64,000 bases of DNA from NCBI GenBank assembly GCA_030141605.1, contig JAQGDQ010000384.1, positions 25,167-89,166 of the forward strand, in the 5' to 3' direction. This document shows, piece by piece, positions 48,849 through 59,221 of the stretch. The notes under the pieces were generated by a model. The model was given only the letters and a program-made list of their open reading frames with translations. It did no database searches and was not told where the DNA came from. Positions within the stretch are counted from its first letter, which is position 1. Each line of letters opens with the position of its first letter. A program made the position numbers and the translations under genes. The DNA is from Tubiluchus corallicola. Lineage: Eukaryota > Animalia > Priapulida.

Positions 48849-50069
48849 ATGAAAATTTTATTTTATGTAATAACCTTTTTTTTGTTGTCCTTAGTTGCTG
48901 CAAAAGTATCTGCACAGGCAACACTTTACCCAATTATTTCATTCCTTCAACAAGCAGATGGGTTCGCTTGCGAAAAAGATAGCGTGTCTCTCGTTATAGA
49001 AGGTAATAATCCCCCTTGGGAAACAACATATACCTACATAGAAAAACCAACAGGACATATAATTAAAAAAAATATCATCACCAGCAATAAGCAACAAAAA
49101 ATCTATGGAGAAGATGCCCAAGAATATACATTGCTCAGCATAGAAAACTATCCTACACCTAATCCCGAACACCTTAGCAGCAATTTACCTCAAACAATCC
49201 TTGTAGGCTCTCCGCCTATCTCCTCGTCCATTATAGAAAGTCCTAAAGGTCTCCAAATATGTACACAAACAGAAAAAGAATTAAACATAGTAAATCCAAA
49301 TTCCACCTATGACTATCTTTGGCTAAATGATGGTACTACAAGTACAAAAAAACCTATCTCCATATCCGGAGATACTTCTTTTATTTTACAAACTACCAAA
49401 ATCTATGATTTTTCTTCTAAATTACCATTCGAATGCCACCACTACGATACTATACAATTTACCACATATCCTAAACCCCGAGCCACTCCTGACACCCTAT
49501 TTATACACGAGAAAGAAACAACAAGCACTTTCAACCCCACAGAAAATGACAAAATACAAGGACCTATTAATTTCGATATTGTTGAGCCTGCACTACAACT
49601 ACAAATAATACAAAACCGACAAACAGGAGAAATTCAGTATTACACTCCTCATTATGCAAAGGGTCGAGATAAACTTTCTTACAAGATAGGTTGCTCCGAA
49701 AACTCAGACACTACTACTATTACATTTATTATAACCAACGACCCTAAAGCAAAAATATTTATTCCACAGGGCATATCTCCCAACGGAGATGGGAAAAATG
49801 ATATACTCATTATTAGCATAGAAACCCCCGAAGGACAAAAAATATCTGAAGAATACGCCACAATACCCGACAGTAAATTAACAATATTTAACCGTAGAGG
49901 AGATAAAATATATGAAGCCTCTCCCTACAAAAACAATTGGCAAGGAGAAAGCAATGTGGCTAAAATTGTTTCCAACTATATACAAGTGCCACAAGGTATA
50001 TATTTTTATATATTTGAATTACCTTTGCAAAGTATTACCAAAAAAGGATATGTAAACATTAAGTATTAA
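48849..50069 (+). CDS. T9SS type B CTD protein, short paralogue of the upstream gene
   Basis: IPQGISPNGDGKND...IFNRRGDKIYEASPYKNNW...PQGIYFYI. Confidence 0.85.
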   Translation: MKILFYVITFFLLSLVAAKVSAQATLYPIISFLQQADGFACEKDSVSLVIEGNNPPWETTYTYIEKPTGHIIKKNIITSNKQQKIYGEDAQEYTLLSIENYPTPNPEHLSSNLPQTILVGSPPISSSIIESPKGLQICTQTEKELNIVNPNSTYDYLWLNDGTTSTKKPISISGDTSFILQTTKIYDFSSKLPFECHHYDTIQFTTYPKPRATPDTLFIHEKETTSTFNPTENDKIQGPINFDIVEPALQLQIIQNRQTGEIQYYTPHYAKGRDKLSYKIGCSENSDTTTITFIITNDPKAKIFIPQGISPNGDGKNDILIISIETPEGQKISEEYATIPDSKLTIFNRRGDKIYEASPYKNNWQGESNVAKIVSNYIQVPQGIYFYIFELPLQSITKKGYVNIKY

Positions 50070-50090
50070 TTTTTACTCTTTATTAAAAAA

Positions 50091-51125
50091 ATGAAACAAC
50101 TATTATTTATCATAATTCTTATTGCAACATCTTGTGTGCCTATATCACAATTACAACAAGTTGAAAATCAAAATCAAGAACAACAGGAAGAAATAACAAA
50201 CCTTACTACACAAAACCAGAGCTTAAAAACCAACAATATAGAATTGGGAACTCAAGTAGAAGACCAAAACCAACTAATCGATAACTTAGAGCAAGAAATC
50301 TATAAATTAGAAAACAATTACAGGCAAATAACTACTAAACACCAAAAAACAATAGAAGAAAACCAAAAAATACTTACTCAGCAAAAGGAACTCTCACACC
50401 AACAAGCCACCGAAATAAATAGCATTTTGCAACAGTTACAAAACACACAAACAGACCTTCAACACCAACAAGACAACATCAGCCAAATAAGAAATAAACT
50501 ATTAAATAAAGAGCAGGACATCAGCACACTACAAACAGAAATAGGAAAGAAAGACCAACAGCTTATCAGCAAAAACACAGAGCTCACGAAAAAAAACCAG
50601 CGCCTTGTAGAATTAGAAAATCTCTTATATAAAAGAGATTCTGCCTCTAACCAACTAAAAACAGAAATACAAAAAGCCCTTGTTGGCTTTCAACAACAAG
50701 ACTTACAAGTACATAAAAAAAATGGAAAAATATATGTTTCTCTACAAGAAAAAATGCTCTTTCAGCAAGGAAAATACGATGTGTCTGCACAAGCTATACA
50801 AGCTATCAAACAACTTGGGAAAATTTTAGAACAAAACCCTAACATCAATATTACAATAGAAGGACATACTGACGACATTCCTTACAAGCCAAATTCAATC
50901 ATACAAGACAACTGGGACCTCAGCACTAAAAGAGCTACACAAATAATCAGAGCTATATTACAACATACTAACATAGCACCTGAAAGAATAACCGCATCAG
51001 GAAGAGCAGAATATGAACCAATTAATTCAGAAAAAACAGCACAGGCAAGAACATTGAATAGAAGAACAGAAATAATACTTACTCCTAAGTTAGACCAAAT
51101 ATTAGAACTTATAGAAAATAATTAG
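50091..51125 (+). CDS. coiled-coil lipoprotein with OmpA/MotB C-terminal domain
   Basis: Lipobox ATSC; Q/N/E-rich coiled coil; IEGHTDD, NWDLSTKRA, NRRTEIIL. Confidence 0.9.
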   Translation: MKQLLFIIILIATSCVPISQLQQVENQNQEQQEEITNLTTQNQSLKTNNIELGTQVEDQNQLIDNLEQEIYKLENNYRQITTKHQKTIEENQKILTQQKELSHQQATEINSILQQLQNTQTDLQHQQDNISQIRNKLLNKEQDISTLQTEIGKKDQQLISKNTELTKKNQRLVELENLLYKRDSASNQLKTEIQKALVGFQQQDLQVHKKNGKIYVSLQEKMLFQQGKYDVSAQAIQAIKQLGKILEQNPNINITIEGHTDDIPYKPNSIIQDNWDLSTKRATQIIRAILQHTNIAPERITASGRAEYEPINSEKTAQARTLNRRTEIILTPKLDQILELIENN

Positions 51126-51199
51126 ATAAACTAAAAGTCCAGAATTAATAATCATTGTATTATTTTTAACCTTTAATTCCCAATTTTCAATCAAAGAAA

Positions 51200-54100
51200 A
51201 TGGCTCAATTTACGCACCTACACGTTCATACTCAATATTCTATTTTAGATGGGGCATCAGCCATATCAAAGCTTATCAAAAAAACCAAGGAATTAGGGAT
51301 GAACTCCATAGCCATTACCGACCACGGCTATATGTATGGTGTTAAAGAATTTTACAATACAGCTAAAAAAGAAGGAGTAAAACCTATCATAGGAGTAGAA
51401 ACCTATGTAGCAAGGCGAACTCTTTACGATAAAGACAAAAACAATAGGGCAGACCGAAGTGGGCATCATCTTATATTACTTGCTAAAAATAAAATAGGAT
51501 ATAAGAACCTTATCAAACTTACATCTGTTGCAGCTACTGATGGATTTTATTACAAACCAAGAATAGACAAACAACTTTTAGAAAAACATCGCGAAGGGCT
51601 TATCGCATTAAGTGCCTGTATTGGAGGAGAGCTGGCTCAAAAAGCCCTTAAAGAAAATGAAAAAGCAGCCGAAAAAGCCTTATTGTGGTATAAAAATCTT
51701 TTCGGGAAAGACTTTTATGTAGAGTTGCAACGACATCAAACAGGCAATCCAAAACAAGATAATGAACTATACGACAAGCAAATACAAGTTGGTGAGATAC
51801 TTACAAAACTTGCTGAAAAACATAATGTAAAAATCATAGCAACCAACGATTTGCACTTCATCAACAAGGAAGATGCAGAGGCTCACGACCGCCTTATTTG
51901 CCTCAATACTGGCAAAGACTTTAACGACCCTACTCGAATGAGATACACGAAGGAAGAGTATCTTAAAACACAGGAGGAAATGGCTGCTTTATTTGCAGAT
52001 TTACCAGAGGCAATAGAAAACACACAAGAGATAGCAAACAAAATTGAGGACTATGAGATAGATAGCCAACCTATAATGCCTGATTTTTCCCTACCCAAAG
52101 AATTTAATAGCGAAGACGCTTATCTCAAACATATCACTTACGAAGGAGCAAAAAAACGATGGAAGGAAATTACACCCGAAATTAAAGAACGTTTAGATTT
52201 TGAACTGGAGACTATTAAAAAAATGGGGTTCCCCGGTTATTTTCTTATCGTTTGGGATTTGTTGAAAGCAGCCCGCGAGTTAGGCGTGAGAGTAGGCCCT
52301 GGAAGAGGCTCTGCAGCAGGTTCGGCAGTAGCCTATTGCACAAAAATAACAGATATAGACCCCTTGAAATATAATCTTCTTTTCGAGCGTTTTCTTAATC
52401 CTGACCGTATATCAATGCCTGATATAGATATAGATTTTGATGACGATGGTAGAGAAAAGGTGTTGGATTGGACTGTTAAAAAATATGGTAAAGAGAAAGT
52501 AGCACATATTATCACCTTTGGAACGATGGCAGCTAAAATGGCTATTCGCGATATTGCTCGTGTGCAAAAACTACCTTTGCCTGATGCAGATTATCTTGCC
52601 AAACTTGTTCCCGATACTCCTGGTACCACCCTAGAAAAGGCTTACAAAGAAGTTCCCGAGTTAGCAAAGGAAAAAAAATCACCTAATGAACTTAGAAGAC
52701 TTACATTACAATATGCTGAACAACTCGAAGGAGCGGTCAGACAAACGGGAATTCACGCCTGTGGCATTATTATAGGAAGAGATAATTTGAACGAGCACAT
52801 ACCTCTTTGTCAGCCCAAAGATGCCAACTTACTTGCCACTCAATACGAGGGTAACTTTGTAGAGCAGATAGGAATGCTTAAAATGGATTTTCTTGGGTTG
52901 AAAACGCTTTCTATTATCAAGGACACGGTAGATAATATCAAACTTTCAAAAAATATAGAAATAGATATAGACAACTTACCCTTTGAAGACTCTATTACCT
53001 ACCAACTATTTGCCAAAGGAGAAACTACGGGTATCTTTCAATTTGAGTCGGCAGGAATGAAAAAACACCTAAAACAACTGCAACCTACACGCTTTGAAGA
53101 CCTTGTGGCAATGAATGCTCTTTATCGCCCAGGGCCGATGGAGTATATACCTTCGTTCACAAGAAGAAAACACGGTAAAGAAAGTATCAATTACGACCAT
53201 CCAATGATGGAAGAATACTTGCAAGAAACCTATGGCATCACTGTGTTTCAAGAGCAAGTAATGCTATTGGCTCGCAAGTTGGCTAATTTCACACGTGGAC
53301 AATCAGATAGTCTGCGAAAGGCAATGGGAAAGAAAATAGCCTCAATGATGGCAGAGTTAAAAAAAGAATTCATCGCAGGATGCAATAACAATCCGAAGTT
53401 TATAGAAGGATGCAAAGAGAAAGAGCCTAATAAATTGATAGAAAAAATATGGCGCGACTGGGAAGCATTTGCTAAGTATGCTTTCAATAAATCACATTCA
53501 GTATGCTATGCCTATTTAGCCTACCAAACGGCTTATCTTAAAGCACATTATCCTGCGGAGTTTATGGCTGCAATACTTAGCCGTAATCTTAACAATATTG
53601 ATAAGATAGCGACTTTTATGGATGAATGTAAGCAGATGGGGTGCAATGTGACCACTCCAGATATTAACCAAAGCCATGTGAAATTTACAGTAGATAATGA
53701 AGGGAATATAAGATTTGGAATGGCAGGTATTAAAAATGTAGGTAAAAATGCAGTAGAAGAAATTATAAAAGAGAGAAAAAAAAATGGAAAATTTGAAGAT
53801 ATTTATGATTTTATAGAGCGCGTAGATACTTACACTGTCAACAAGAAAAACTTGGAAGCACTTGCTACAGCGGGGGGATTTGATAGTTTCAAAGATATAC
53901 ACAGAAGCCAGTATATAGAACCTAATGACAAAAATACCACTTTCATAGAAGAACTTACAAAATATGGTAGCAAGATAAAGGAGGGGCAAGATACTGCGCA
54001 AACATCTCTCTTTGGTGGCGATACTATTGTGCAGGTACAAAAACCTCAACCACCCCAAATAGAGGAATGGAATGCTATGGAGAAACTCAACAAAGAGAAA

Positions 54101-54712
54101 GAACTTGTTGGGATATATCTTTCTGCACATCCATTGCAAGACTATCAATTTGAGATGCAAAACTATTGTAAAACAAAATTGAGCCAATTACAAGAACTTT
54201 CTCAGCTCAATGGCAAAGACATTACTGTAGGGGGAATGGTGGTCAAGGCAGTAGAAAGAACTTCCAAAAATGGTAATATTTATGGTGTACTTACATTAGA
54301 AGACTTTACGGGTTCTCACGAGTTTTTCTTCTTCCCCAAAGACTACGTAAAATATAAAAATTTTTTTACCAAGGGCTATATCATAGCTATAAAGGGTAAA
54401 GTGCAACCGCGATATTCAGGAAATGATTACGAAGTAAAAATTAACAATATTATGTTGCTTTCGGAGATAAAAGAAAAGATAAGCAAAGTAGCTATTAATA
54501 TACCTCTTAGTACATTAACGCCCGAATTTATAAACCAGTTCCATCAACTCACACAAAACAACCAAGGCAAAGTTACCTTGTATTTTAAAGTGTATGACGA
54601 TGAAACAAACATCAATGTAGATTTATTCTCCGTCAACCAACGGGTTAATCTGTCAATAGATTTTATAAAATATTTTGAAAAAAATAATGACCTTCAATTA
54701 AAAATTAAGTAA
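51200..54712 (+). CDS. dnaE: DNA polymerase III alpha subunit
   Basis: HLHVHTQYSILDG PHP domain, GPGRGSAAGS, FERFLNPDRISMPDIDIDF, KMDFLGL, YAFNKSH. Confidence 0.98.
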   Translation: MAQFTHLHVHTQYSILDGASAISKLIKKTKELGMNSIAITDHGYMYGVKEFYNTAKKEGVKPIIGVETYVARRTLYDKDKNNRADRSGHHLILLAKNKIGYKNLIKLTSVAATDGFYYKPRIDKQLLEKHREGLIALSACIGGELAQKALKENEKAAEKALLWYKNLFGKDFYVELQRHQTGNPKQDNELYDKQIQVGEILTKLAEKHNVKIIATNDLHFINKEDAEAHDRLICLNTGKDFNDPTRMRYTKEEYLKTQEEMAALFADLPEAIENTQEIANKIEDYEIDSQPIMPDFSLPKEFNSEDAYLKHITYEGAKKRWKEITPEIKERLDFELETIKKMGFPGYFLIVWDLLKAARELGVRVGPGRGSAAGSAVAYCTKITDIDPLKYNLLFERFLNPDRISMPDIDIDFDDDGREKVLDWTVKKYGKEKVAHIITFGTMAAKMAIRDIARVQKLPLPDADYLAKLVPDTPGTTLEKAYKEVPELAKEKKSPNELRRLTLQYAEQLEGAVRQTGIHACGIIIGRDNLNEHIPLCQPKDANLLATQYEGNFVEQIGMLKMDFLGLKTLSIIKDTVDNIKLSKNIEIDIDNLPFEDSITYQLFAKGETTGIFQFESAGMKKHLKQLQPTRFEDLVAMNALYRPGPMEYIPSFTRRKHGKESINYDHPMMEEYLQETYGITVFQEQVMLLARKLANFTRGQSDSLRKAMGKKIASMMAELKKEFIAGCNNNPKFIEGCKEKEPNKLIEKIWRDWEAFAKYAFNKSHSVCYAYLAYQTAYLKAHYPAEFMAAILSRNLNNIDKIATFMDECKQMGCNVTTPDINQSHVKFTVDNEGNIRFGMAGIKNVGKNAVEEIIKERKKNGKFEDIYDFIERVDTYTVNKKNLEALATAGGFDSFKDIHRSQYIEPNDKNTTFIEELTKYGSKIKEGQDTAQTSLFGGDTIVQVQKPQPPQIEEWNAMEKLNKEKELVGIYLSAHPLQDYQFEMQNYCKTKLSQLQELSQLNGKDITVGGMVVKAVERTSKNGNIYGVLTLEDFTGSHEFFFFPKDYVKYKNFFTKGYIIAIKGKVQPRYSGNDYEVKINNIMLLSEIKEKISKVAINIPLSTLTPEFINQFHQLTQNNQGKVTLYFKVYDDETNINVDLFSVNQRVNLSIDFIKYFEKNNDLQLKIK

Positions 54713-54752
54713 TATTGTAATTGAATTTTAAATTTTTAAAACATTATAGAAA

Positions 54753-55070
54753 ATGGCAGTTGAAATCACAGACACAAATTTTGAAGAAGTAGTATTAAAA
54801 GCGAATAAACCTGTACTTGTAGATTTTTGGGCTCCTTGGTGTGGGCCTTGCCGTATTGTAGGTCCAATAGTAGAAGACCTAGCCAAAGAATATGATGGGA
54901 AAGTAATAATAGGAAAGCTCAATGTAGATGACAACCCAAATATATCTGCTAAATATGGAGTGATGAATATCCCTACAATATTATTTTTCAATAATGGAGA
55001 AATGACGAACAAGCAAGTAGGAGCAGTACCTAAAAATATTCTTGCAGAAAAACTAAACTCCTTAATATAA
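54753..55070 (+). CDS. trxA: thioredoxin
   Basis: VDFWAPWCGPC, IPT, VGAVPK; follows dnaE. Confidence 0.97.
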   Translation: MAVEITDTNFEEVVLKANKPVLVDFWAPWCGPCRIVGPIVEDLAKEYDGKVIIGKLNVDDNPNISAKYGVMNIPTILFFNNGEMTNKQVGAVPKNILAEKLNSLI

Positions 55071-55087
55071 TATCAAAAAGTAACAGA

Positions 55088-55140
55088 TATTATAAATGCT
55101 ATACACAGACTCCTTTGAATATGGTATAGCATTTATAATA
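55088..55140. terminator. 17-bp perfect hairpin between convergent trxA and PUL genes
   Basis: TATTATAAATGCTATAC / GTATAGCATTTATAATA. Confidence 0.7.
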
Positions 55141-55210
55141 AAGCAACAAAATATTAATAATAGCAATTTTAGTTACCTGAATGTTTCTCTTGTAGAGGCA
55201 AAATAATATC

Positions 55211-57220
55211 TTAATTAAAATACGGAACTAATTCTTCGCATGATGGTTTTCCACCTTTTACATAGGGCCACCCGTTGTCGTCCCATAACAACATATTCAA
55301 AGCCAAAGGACGAGCAGGAGCACCATCAGGAAGGCTTCCTCCATCTTGAATGTGATAGACTATCCAATAAGTATTTTCATCATCTTCTATAACAGCCCCT
55401 ATATGGCCTGGGTTTGTTAATTGTGTGTCACCACTTATAATAGTTGTACCTCCTGAGGATAATAAGGAGTTTCCATTTTTATCAAAGTATTCACCTTGTA
55501 ATGAGCTCGAGCGAGCCACAATAATTTCATCATCTTTTGTGCCAAAGAAATAGTAATAATTATCTTTGATATAAATGAAAGAAGAACTAATATTGTTGCC
55601 ACCTATTTGGAACTCTGTTTCTGCTACAATAGAAACATTTTCTCCTACTATATTTATCTCCATTCCATAGATTCCCCCTTTGTCTCCACAGAATAGATAT
55701 GTCTTGCCCTTATCTTCTACAAAGTGTGGTGTTTTAAAGTTGGGATTATCACCAGTATTTACATCGCTTCCTATTGCTAATTTTTGATGATCGACCCAAG
55801 GGCTATCTCCTGTGGGGTTTATAGGAGATAGTGTAGAAGCATACCCTATCCCCGGGTCAGGGTCGTCCCACTCAGAAAAGGTGTAAAAACAATAAAACCT
55901 GTTCTTGTATTCAAAAATTTCAGGAGACCAATACCAAGCTCCTTCCTTTTCTCCATTCCAAGTTCCCCAGTCTTTGATAAGTTCATATTCCCACCCATTC
56001 CAGTCAGCTAGATTAGAAGAACTAACTACAGGAGTTTTTTGATGGTGGTTGCCATACCAACAGTCTTGTGTACTCACACAGTAGAACCTCCCATCGTCAC
56101 CTCTTACAATAGAGGGTTCTCCAGAAGTAATTGGAGTTGTTCTTCCTTCTTTATCTTTAAGAGGATTGGTGTATGTATCAGTAGATTTTGTAGTCTTTAA
56201 TGCTATATTATATGTTCCTGTTTTTCCTGCTTGATTTGTTATTTCTACAACAATAGTGTCATCCCCCCCTGTGTTAAACGTGGGGATAGTATATTGTTTG
56301 GAAAACTTGTACTCTTGATTACTGTCTGTAATGTCAATATCTTCATTTACTTCAAGTTTATCATTTATTACAGTAATTTTTTTCAATGGAGAGTTATCAT
56401 CAGATGCAGTAAAGCTTAGTGTAAAGTTATCATTTTCTTTCAACCTTAGAATTTCATCAGGCTTAATATCGCTTATGTTAGGGGCTTCTGCTACAATATT
56501 TAAGGTGCGTATTACTTCTTTAGTTTTATTTACTTGATTGCTTACAGAGATATCAATATCCACAGTACCTATTTCAGTAGTTCCTGCAATAATAAAAGTG
56601 TGACTAAAAGAATATGATTTGTCACCTGTTAATTCTTTTAGTTCTTCTAACTTTAAAACAGGGCTTGTTATGGAAATGGTCTTTAATCCAAATTCCTCGT
56701 CTGTCGCATCAAAACTTATGGTAAGTGTAGCTCCCACCATAACTTCCGAGTTATTATCAGGTTTAATATTCATTATGAAAGGCATTCCGTGTTCTTCGAC
56801 ATTAATTGTTAAAAGAAATTCTGCCGCTTTGTCTTTTGCATCGTAAGCTTTAATAGAAATTTGATGCTGTGTTGCTTCTACTTCATCAGGTATTTTTATT
56901 TGATGAATTAAATTGTAGAGTTCTTGTGGATTGCCTGTTTCCTTCACTACATCTATTTCATCATTAAGATTCCAAGCCTCGTAAGAAATAACAACTTTTT
57001 TAACCCCATCTTCATCTCTCATTGTTCCTATTATAGTTACTAAACTCCCCATATAGGCATTAATAACATCAGGGGATATTGTTATTACAGGAGCTGTATT
57101 CACAATATGCTCTTCCATTTCTTTTTCACAAGAATATATAAAAATGACAAATGTTATTATCAGCCAAAAACTCATTAAACTACTAATATATCTTGCTTTA
57201 ATAGAAATTAAATGTTTCAT
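55211..57220 (-). CDS. lipoprotein with three Ig-like repeats and a catalytically degenerate GH43 domain
   Basis: Lipobox IYSC; GH43 motifs (YTNP, WSPEI, DPDPGIG, PGH, GWP) but catalytic D/D/E replaced. Confidence 0.8.
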   Translation of the reverse strand: MKHLISIKARYISSLMSFWLIITFVIFIYSCEKEMEEHIVNTAPVITISPDVINAYMGSLVTIIGTMRDEDGVKKVVISYEAWNLNDEIDVVKETGNPQELYNLIHQIKIPDEVEATQHQISIKAYDAKDKAAEFLLTINVEEHGMPFIMNIKPDNNSEVMVGATLTISFDATDEEFGLKTISITSPVLKLEELKELTGDKSYSFSHTFIIAGTTEIGTVDIDISVSNQVNKTKEVIRTLNIVAEAPNISDIKPDEILRLKENDNFTLSFTASDDNSPLKKITVINDKLEVNEDIDITDSNQEYKFSKQYTIPTFNTGGDDTIVVEITNQAGKTGTYNIALKTTKSTDTYTNPLKDKEGRTTPITSGEPSIVRGDDGRFYCVSTQDCWYGNHHQKTPVVSSSNLADWNGWEYELIKDWGTWNGEKEGAWYWSPEIFEYKNRFYCFYTFSEWDDPDPGIGYASTLSPINPTGDSPWVDHQKLAIGSDVNTGDNPNFKTPHFVEDKGKTYLFCGDKGGIYGMEINIVGENVSIVAETEFQIGGNNISSSFIYIKDNYYYFFGTKDDEIIVARSSSLQGEYFDKNGNSLLSSGGTTIISGDTQLTNPGHIGAVIEDDENTYWIVYHIQDGGSLPDGAPARPLALNMLLWDDNGWPYVKGGKPSCEELVPYFN

Positions 57221-57261
57221 AATTTATAAAGATTTAAATTGTTTGCTATAATATCTTTTTA

Positions 57262-59193
57262 TCAGTCAATACTAAAAAAAGGTGTATCGGTTGGCTGATA
57301 AGAAGGCTTCCCGTCCTCTATATAAGGCCAACCATCGACAGTCCATTTAATTTTATCAATAAACAAAGCTCTTCTACTTGCTCCGTTTGGTAATAGAGGG
57401 TTATCTTTCTGAATGGCGTGATAGACAAACCAATCATCTCCATTGTCATCAGTAATGATATTTGCATTATGTCCTGGCCCGGCAATTTTAACGCTTGACT
57501 GAATAAAAGAGGTTCCTCCATTGTTTTTTATGTTATTGCCATTTTTATCCAAAAAATCTCCTTTTAGTGAAGAGGCTCTTGCAATTTTTACGTTGTAGGT
57601 GCTATTAGCTCCTTCGCAGCAACTTCCTACTGAGCCAAAGAAATAATAAAATCCATTTTTATAGTATATATAAGCTGCTTCATACAAGTTGCCTGCTAAT
57701 TGAAATTTTGTTTCGGGTTTGTAGGACAACAAATCGTTGTTCAGTTCTACTCCATATATTCCGTGAAAACTTCCCCAGAGTAGGTATTTGGTAGTGATGT
57801 CTATAAAAACAAAAGGGTCTATTGAATTATTTACACCTATTTCAGAACTTAGAAATAATTTTCCTTGGTCTGTGAAAGATTCTGATGGAGTTGAACTGGT
57901 TGCTACTCCAATGCCTGGGTCAGGGTCTCCCCATAATGAAATAGCATAATATAGATAATAAACTCCATTGTAATAGAGAATATCAGGTGCCCAAAGAAAT
58001 CCCTCAGGCTTCCAAGAAGGCTTAGCATCGAAAGCACTACCAACATAAGCCCAATCTACCAAGTTTTTCGACTTTATTATGGGAATATAACGTATTGTAC
58101 CATCACCCCAGTTGTCCTCTGTGCCAAAGGCATAAAAATAACCATCAGGTGCTTTCACAATACTAGGGTCTGCCAAAACTGGCTCAAAAACGGGATTAGT
58201 GTATAGTATATGCACCTGAACTTGTACAGTCATAGGTGCGTCATTTACATTAATAGCGGTAATTTCTATGAAATTTTCTTTCGATTCTACAAGAGCAGGT
58301 ATAGTAAAATCTTTAGAATAACTGTAAGATGTAGTATTGGAGGGTATGTTTTCATTCTCATTTATTTCTAAGTATTTATTTGACAGCGATATGCTTTTTA
58401 AACCTACAGTATCTTCAACATCAAAACTTATGCTAAATGATTTATTGGGTGAAATTTTCAATACCTCAGAAGGTGATACGTTTGTAAATGTGGGGCATAG
58501 GTTATTAATAATGAGACTAAGTGTCGAGGTATTTTGTTGATTATTGGTATTGATAGCTACTATATCAATAGTGACTATCTGCCCTGTAGTAAGTGTAGGA
58601 ACATTTATTGTTTTTTGATATGTATAAGTTTTTGTGTTTAGTTCTTCTATGGAGTCATTTAAATTAAGTTCTTTGCTATTGACATATACTTTGTTTATAT
58701 CAGTATTTTTTTCTGTGACAGTAAATTTTAGAATAAAATCTGTCCCCGGTTTTATATGCGAATTATTGGTTGGAGTAATTATATTTATTATAGGATATTT
58801 GATATTACTCACATTTATTCTTACAATATCTTCTGTAGAAGCATTTTCATTGTCAAAAGCAATTATTTTCACAATATGTTCTCCGATTTCTGCTTTGTTT
58901 GGAATTTTCAAGTCATATGTAAAATGATATTCTTTTGAAACTTCTTCAATCGTTATAATTGTATCAATATTCCATACACTGTATAGTAGTTTTACTTTGC
59001 TTATCTGTTTATCATCTCTAAGTATTGCAGAAATTGTAACTATATCATCTACTGATGCCTCTATTATAGAAGTTACTATTTCTATAGTAGGTTTATTATT
59101 AACAGTTTTATTATCTACATCATCTTTCTTACAGAAATTGAAGTTGATGAGATATAAGAATAACAGCAAGAAAATAAAAAGTTCCTTTTTCAT
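57262..59193 (-). CDS. GH43 glycosidase (GH43_31/arabinanase-like) with three N-terminal Ig-like repeats
   Basis: LADPSIV, WAPDI, NSIDPF, YEAAYI, GSCCEG, AGPGHNA motifs. Confidence 0.88.
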   Translation of the reverse strand: MKKELFIFLLLFLYLINFNFCKKDDVDNKTVNNKPTIEIVTSIIEASVDDIVTISAILRDDKQISKVKLLYSVWNIDTIITIEEVSKEYHFTYDLKIPNKAEIGEHIVKIIAFDNENASTEDIVRINVSNIKYPIINIITPTNNSHIKPGTDFILKFTVTEKNTDINKVYVNSKELNLNDSIEELNTKTYTYQKTINVPTLTTGQIVTIDIVAINTNNQQNTSTLSLIINNLCPTFTNVSPSEVLKISPNKSFSISFDVEDTVGLKSISLSNKYLEINENENIPSNTTSYSYSKDFTIPALVESKENFIEITAINVNDAPMTVQVQVHILYTNPVFEPVLADPSIVKAPDGYFYAFGTEDNWGDGTIRYIPIIKSKNLVDWAYVGSAFDAKPSWKPEGFLWAPDILYYNGVYYLYYAISLWGDPDPGIGVATSSTPSESFTDQGKLFLSSEIGVNNSIDPFVFIDITTKYLLWGSFHGIYGVELNNDLLSYKPETKFQLAGNLYEAAYIYYKNGFYYFFGSVGSCCEGANSTYNVKIARASSLKGDFLDKNGNNIKNNGGTSFIQSSVKIAGPGHNANIITDDNGDDWFVYHAIQKDNPLLPNGASRRALFIDKIKWTVDGWPYIEDGKPSYQPTDTPFFSID

Positions 59194-59221
59194 AAATTAA
59201 TGTTTTAAAGTTGCTATGTGT

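Noticed and set aside
51200-54712. Intein or split in dnaE
   Set aside because: Normal length and continuous through the YAFNKSH region; no insertion seen.
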